DNA from: the human T2T-CHM13v2.0 reference genome, Homo sapiens
Length of the DNA stretch: 64,000 nucleotides
Assembly: GCF_009914755.1 (NCBI RefSeq)
Contig: NC_060930.1
Direction: 5' to 3' (one strand)
Below the pieces are notes generated by a model, which was given only the letters and a program-made list of their open reading frames with translations, ran no database searches and was not told the DNA's origin. This document shows positions 60,308 to 64,000 of this stretch, piece after piece (the stretch's first letter is position 1; each line of letters opens with the position of its first letter). Made by a program: the position numbers and the translations under genes.

Positions 60308-63244
60308 TTTTGTAAACGGCAACACAATTTATTGGAAGATAGCAGAAGAAGTTACTCTGTTAACACTCAACCATAACAACCCTAGTTTCATTCAGGCATC
60401 CCCTTAGTGTGGTACCGGTAAGCATATCAAAATAGTTATTCCCAACATAACAGGACTTTCTCCAAGAGGTACTATTTTGCAGCAGTACAGATGCTTTCCA
60501 TATTGTTTCTGTAAGAAACAGGCAACTGGAACAGCATGATTTCTGCATGGTAACAGATCTAGAAGCCTGTGCCTTTAAGTTCCAGAGAGCAGATGGACAG
60601 TGAAGTCAAAGTTTGAGGATATTTCCCCACGCAAATAAAGGAGTGGACCTATAGGGCTCAACTTTCCCAAAGTCATCTGGGTCCAAACCTCATTAGAGTC
60701 CCAATGCAGAGGGAGAAATCTTGACTCGCTGGCAAATAGCTATTAATATAATCTCAACTGGTATCAAATAAGCACTTAAGGGTTTTAATCTAAGGTTGGC
60801 TGGTAATGGGGCGATGTGGATTTAGGAGAATTATAATTATAGATGCCAGGAGTGATGTACTTTTATTTATTTTGCATTCTAATAGTGATCTGATCTTTTG
60901 GTGTTTGAAAGCTGCATTTTTAATGTGATTAACTCAAAATAATGATTATTTCAGTGAAGAATTTATATTGAAATCCTATTTAATCCCTGCCTGTTTATTG
61001 CTAAACCAACATGGAAAAGTATGATATTCATTGACAATTTGGAAATATATCTCCTGTAAAAAAGTCTTCTATATTAGGAAGTTTAGTTGGATTTAATGAC
61101 CAGAATGTTATCCCAAAAAGTGAATATATTTGGCCTCAGGCAAGAGAATAGGCAAAGTTCTGCACATGCAAAAATTATGCAATGTAACAATTTTACACCA
61201 ATACATTTTAGAAATATTTTCAAAGTTCATAAAAAACGAATGATAATGTGAAGTACTTTTTTAACTTTAAAAGCTCTAGCCTTGTCTCATCAGCTCAAAC
61301 ATTAAATTTGAAATAAAAATATTCTCCTGCATAAGTCTAAGAGATTTGTGACAGTAACAAAAGATCCTAGTGATATTGCTAATTAGTTAAGAATCACTGG
61401 AATGACGTATGTACTGTAAATGTAGACGTGCAGCTTAACCTTTCAGCACTATGACTCATTTTGATTATAATTGCTTTTGCAGGACGTTCACCCTTTTCCC
61501 AACTGTTATTTTATTAGCACAAAGACAACAAAATTCAGCAGAAGGTAGCTTTGTTAACACTGACCTCTTGGCGAGGTTCTGCCTTAGAATATAAGTGGCT
61601 CCAGAATTGCAATGTATCACAAAATGCAGAATTATGTTCTCTGATAGACACTACCCACTACCCTCCCCACACCCACAAGCCCAGGACTCTAAATGAATTC
61701 TTCATCCCAATTTGAAACAGAAAAGAAAAACTCAAATAACAACAGAAAGCTTGAGTTATTATTTATCATTTTATGATTAATCATAAAGTGGCAAAGCCAA
61801 CTAATCTTAAAATAAAACAAACTATACAACTAAGGGAATAGTATGTAGACTAGAAAAATTTTATCCTACCCAAATGCATGAGAACTTTCTATAATGTCAT
61901 TATTGAAAGAAAGCAGGAACACATGCTCTTATACCAGTTCTTAGTCATATATTATGTTTGAGGAGACATATATCAACATGTGGAATAACCAAGTATATCT
62001 ACGATAGGTCATATCTTTGGATTTAATCATCATCTCTGCATAAACCTAATACCTGAAATTGAATTAATAGGCTAATAATGAACTGCTTCATTTGAATATA
62101 ATTGATGTCTTCCAGCTAAAATTCGCTGTATTTTGAATTTAATGATACCTTGTGCATTTCATTTTCTGATTTTTCATAAGAAGTAGAATCTTCCTTTCAT
62201 ATCACATTTTTTTCCTTTTTAGTTTCTCTGAGTATTCTTCCTTAGTTGTTCTGACCCATAGAAAAGTGAAAAATAATAGTCTCATTTTTCTGCTTTTCTT
62301 TGCTTTTTGTACCAAGCTAATTCAAGTGAACTAGTATATACTAAGTATATATTTTGTCAGGCAACTAGTATCAGAGAATGAGACAGTTAGAAAGTGCTTT
62401 AATTTGGCATCCACTAGCAGTCTTTACCTTTAGGTTCACAAAGTAACAGATTATGTTATGCCTGAATCAAGCTACTTTGCTGAAATACTCTATTCAAAGA
62501 TAGCAAGAACAAAAACACAATAACATACAGTCCTTCTTGTTAGAAAACACATGAGAGCCTTCCTTTAAAAATAATCATTTACCTAGCTATTTTATGTCAT
62601 TGTAATTTGGTTTTGAACTCTTGGCTTGGTAATAACATACCATCATCAACTTAGTAAGATGCCGACAAGATTGCTCTTATATGCTTGCTCCTGCCATTGT
62701 CACACCTAACTGGTCCTCAGTCCAAGTCTTTATCATATTTCCTGGCTATACCTCCTAAGACGTAAGTTTTCATTCTGAATGAGTTAAAACATAGACTAAA
62801 TACAAGTGATATTCTTCCTGTAAATGTGTGTATTGTACAGGATAACTTCCAGTAACATTTTCCATGCAGAATTTAATTGCTAGAGAGCTTTTGTCTTCTA
62901 TCTACCAAATATTTTTTTTTCTTGTGCTTTTTGGATAATAAGGCACATGAACCTACTAACACATAGAGTATAAATAATACTAAACTGAATTTTTAAAGAT
63001 AGACTATATGAAACCAAATTCATATGTCTGATTTATTATACATTCCTGTCTCTTTACATAATAAATCAACAGACTTACAGAGAAACTGCAGACTTCACAA
63101 TTTTGCTTGACAACGTGGAGGATAAGGAATGAATGTAAAATATCATCCCTGTATGAAAGGAAACTGAATAAAAGATCACAATCTATATATTCCAGCAACA
63201 GGGAAATGTTCAAGATATTAAAGCTAAATTGCTGTTCTTGTTAA

Positions 63245-63690
63245 TGTCTAAGAGATTTCTCAAACTTAACACTGAGCTAAAATCCTGTTTTTACTTCCCA
63301 AAACCTCTTTCCTCACAGTCTTCCACCTGTTGATTAACAGCAAGTTAACTTCCCTTTGAAATCATTTTTGACTCCTCTCCCTTTTTGCAGACATCCAATC
63401 TAAAAGTAAATCTTGCAGAATTCACTGATAGAATGTGTCTAGGATCCAGAAACTTCTGACCACCCTCATTGTTACTGCCCTGGCCCAAGCTACCACCATT
63501 TCTCATCCACATCATTGTTATAGTCTCCCAAACAGTATCTCTTTTACCTTCTCCACAATAGTCAAGTCTCACCCAGCAGCCCAAGTGATTGTACGAAAAT
63601 TAAAATCACATTATGCCTTATGCTAAAATCTTCCCTGTGGCTTTTTGTTCCACCAAGTAAAACCCAAAAGCTATACAACGTTTACATGTT
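63245..63690 (+). mobile_element. L2 fragment
   Basis: atcatttttgactcctctc...gccctggcccaagctaccaccatttctc...aaaatcacattatg. Confidence 0.65.
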
Positions 63691-63877
63691 TGTTCAGGAC
63701 CTAGGTTTTTAGAAATCATGACCAGAAACTTTTTGCAAGAAGAAAAAATAAAGTCAATAATTCATTACAAGTTGATTATAATATCGTATTCATGGTTCAG
63801 ATAAATCATCTTTCTTTTGAAAAATGTGTATTTGAGAATAGACATCTCAAACACTTGTGAACTGAAGAATAAAACAT

Positions 63878-63995
63878 TGTTTCTAAGTCCCATGGAGGGG
63901 GCAGGGCCGGCGGGGGGGTGCTTTAAAAAAATTCTGATACTAGGGCTCTACTCCCGATCAATTAAATCAAAATCTCTTTGGATGAAGCCAAAGAA
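63878..63995. mobile_element. MER5A-like hAT MITE fragment
   Basis: gctttaaaaaaattctgatactagggctctactcccgatcaattaaatcaaaatctct. Confidence 0.5.
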
Positions 63996-64000
63996 TAGTT

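Overview
Human, AT-rich, repeat-dominated intronic or intergenic DNA. Species is inferred from a near-consensus AluYb8 (a human-lineage subfamily) and primate Alu, L1PA, THE1 and MST elements. I recognise no cellular protein-coding gene, tRNA, rRNA or CRISPR array. Nearly all listed ORFs are by-products of Alu, L1, LTR or simple repeats. I found no convincing new biological system. The most striking structure is at 39.9-43.2 kb: an L1PA2-type insertion with a twin-priming 5' inversion and an apparent 187-bp 3' transduction of an MST LTR fragment cut at the LTR's own ATTAAA signal. One 16-bp TSD brackets the whole insert, which sits in the linker of an unusual FRAM-FRAM dimer. The inversion junction supplies an in-frame ACCATG that opens a 453-codon reverse-transcriptase-only ORF. 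Other observations are three fold-back/templated-insertion scars in L1 copies, a 352-bp unbroken purine-pyrimidine alternating minisatellite, an Alu with a possible 76-104 bp TSD, a nested Tigger1 < L1MA < full THE1 provirus, a MADE1 hairpin and a candidate exon. Repeat names and subfamilies come from recalled consensus sequences, and boundaries of old elements are approximate.
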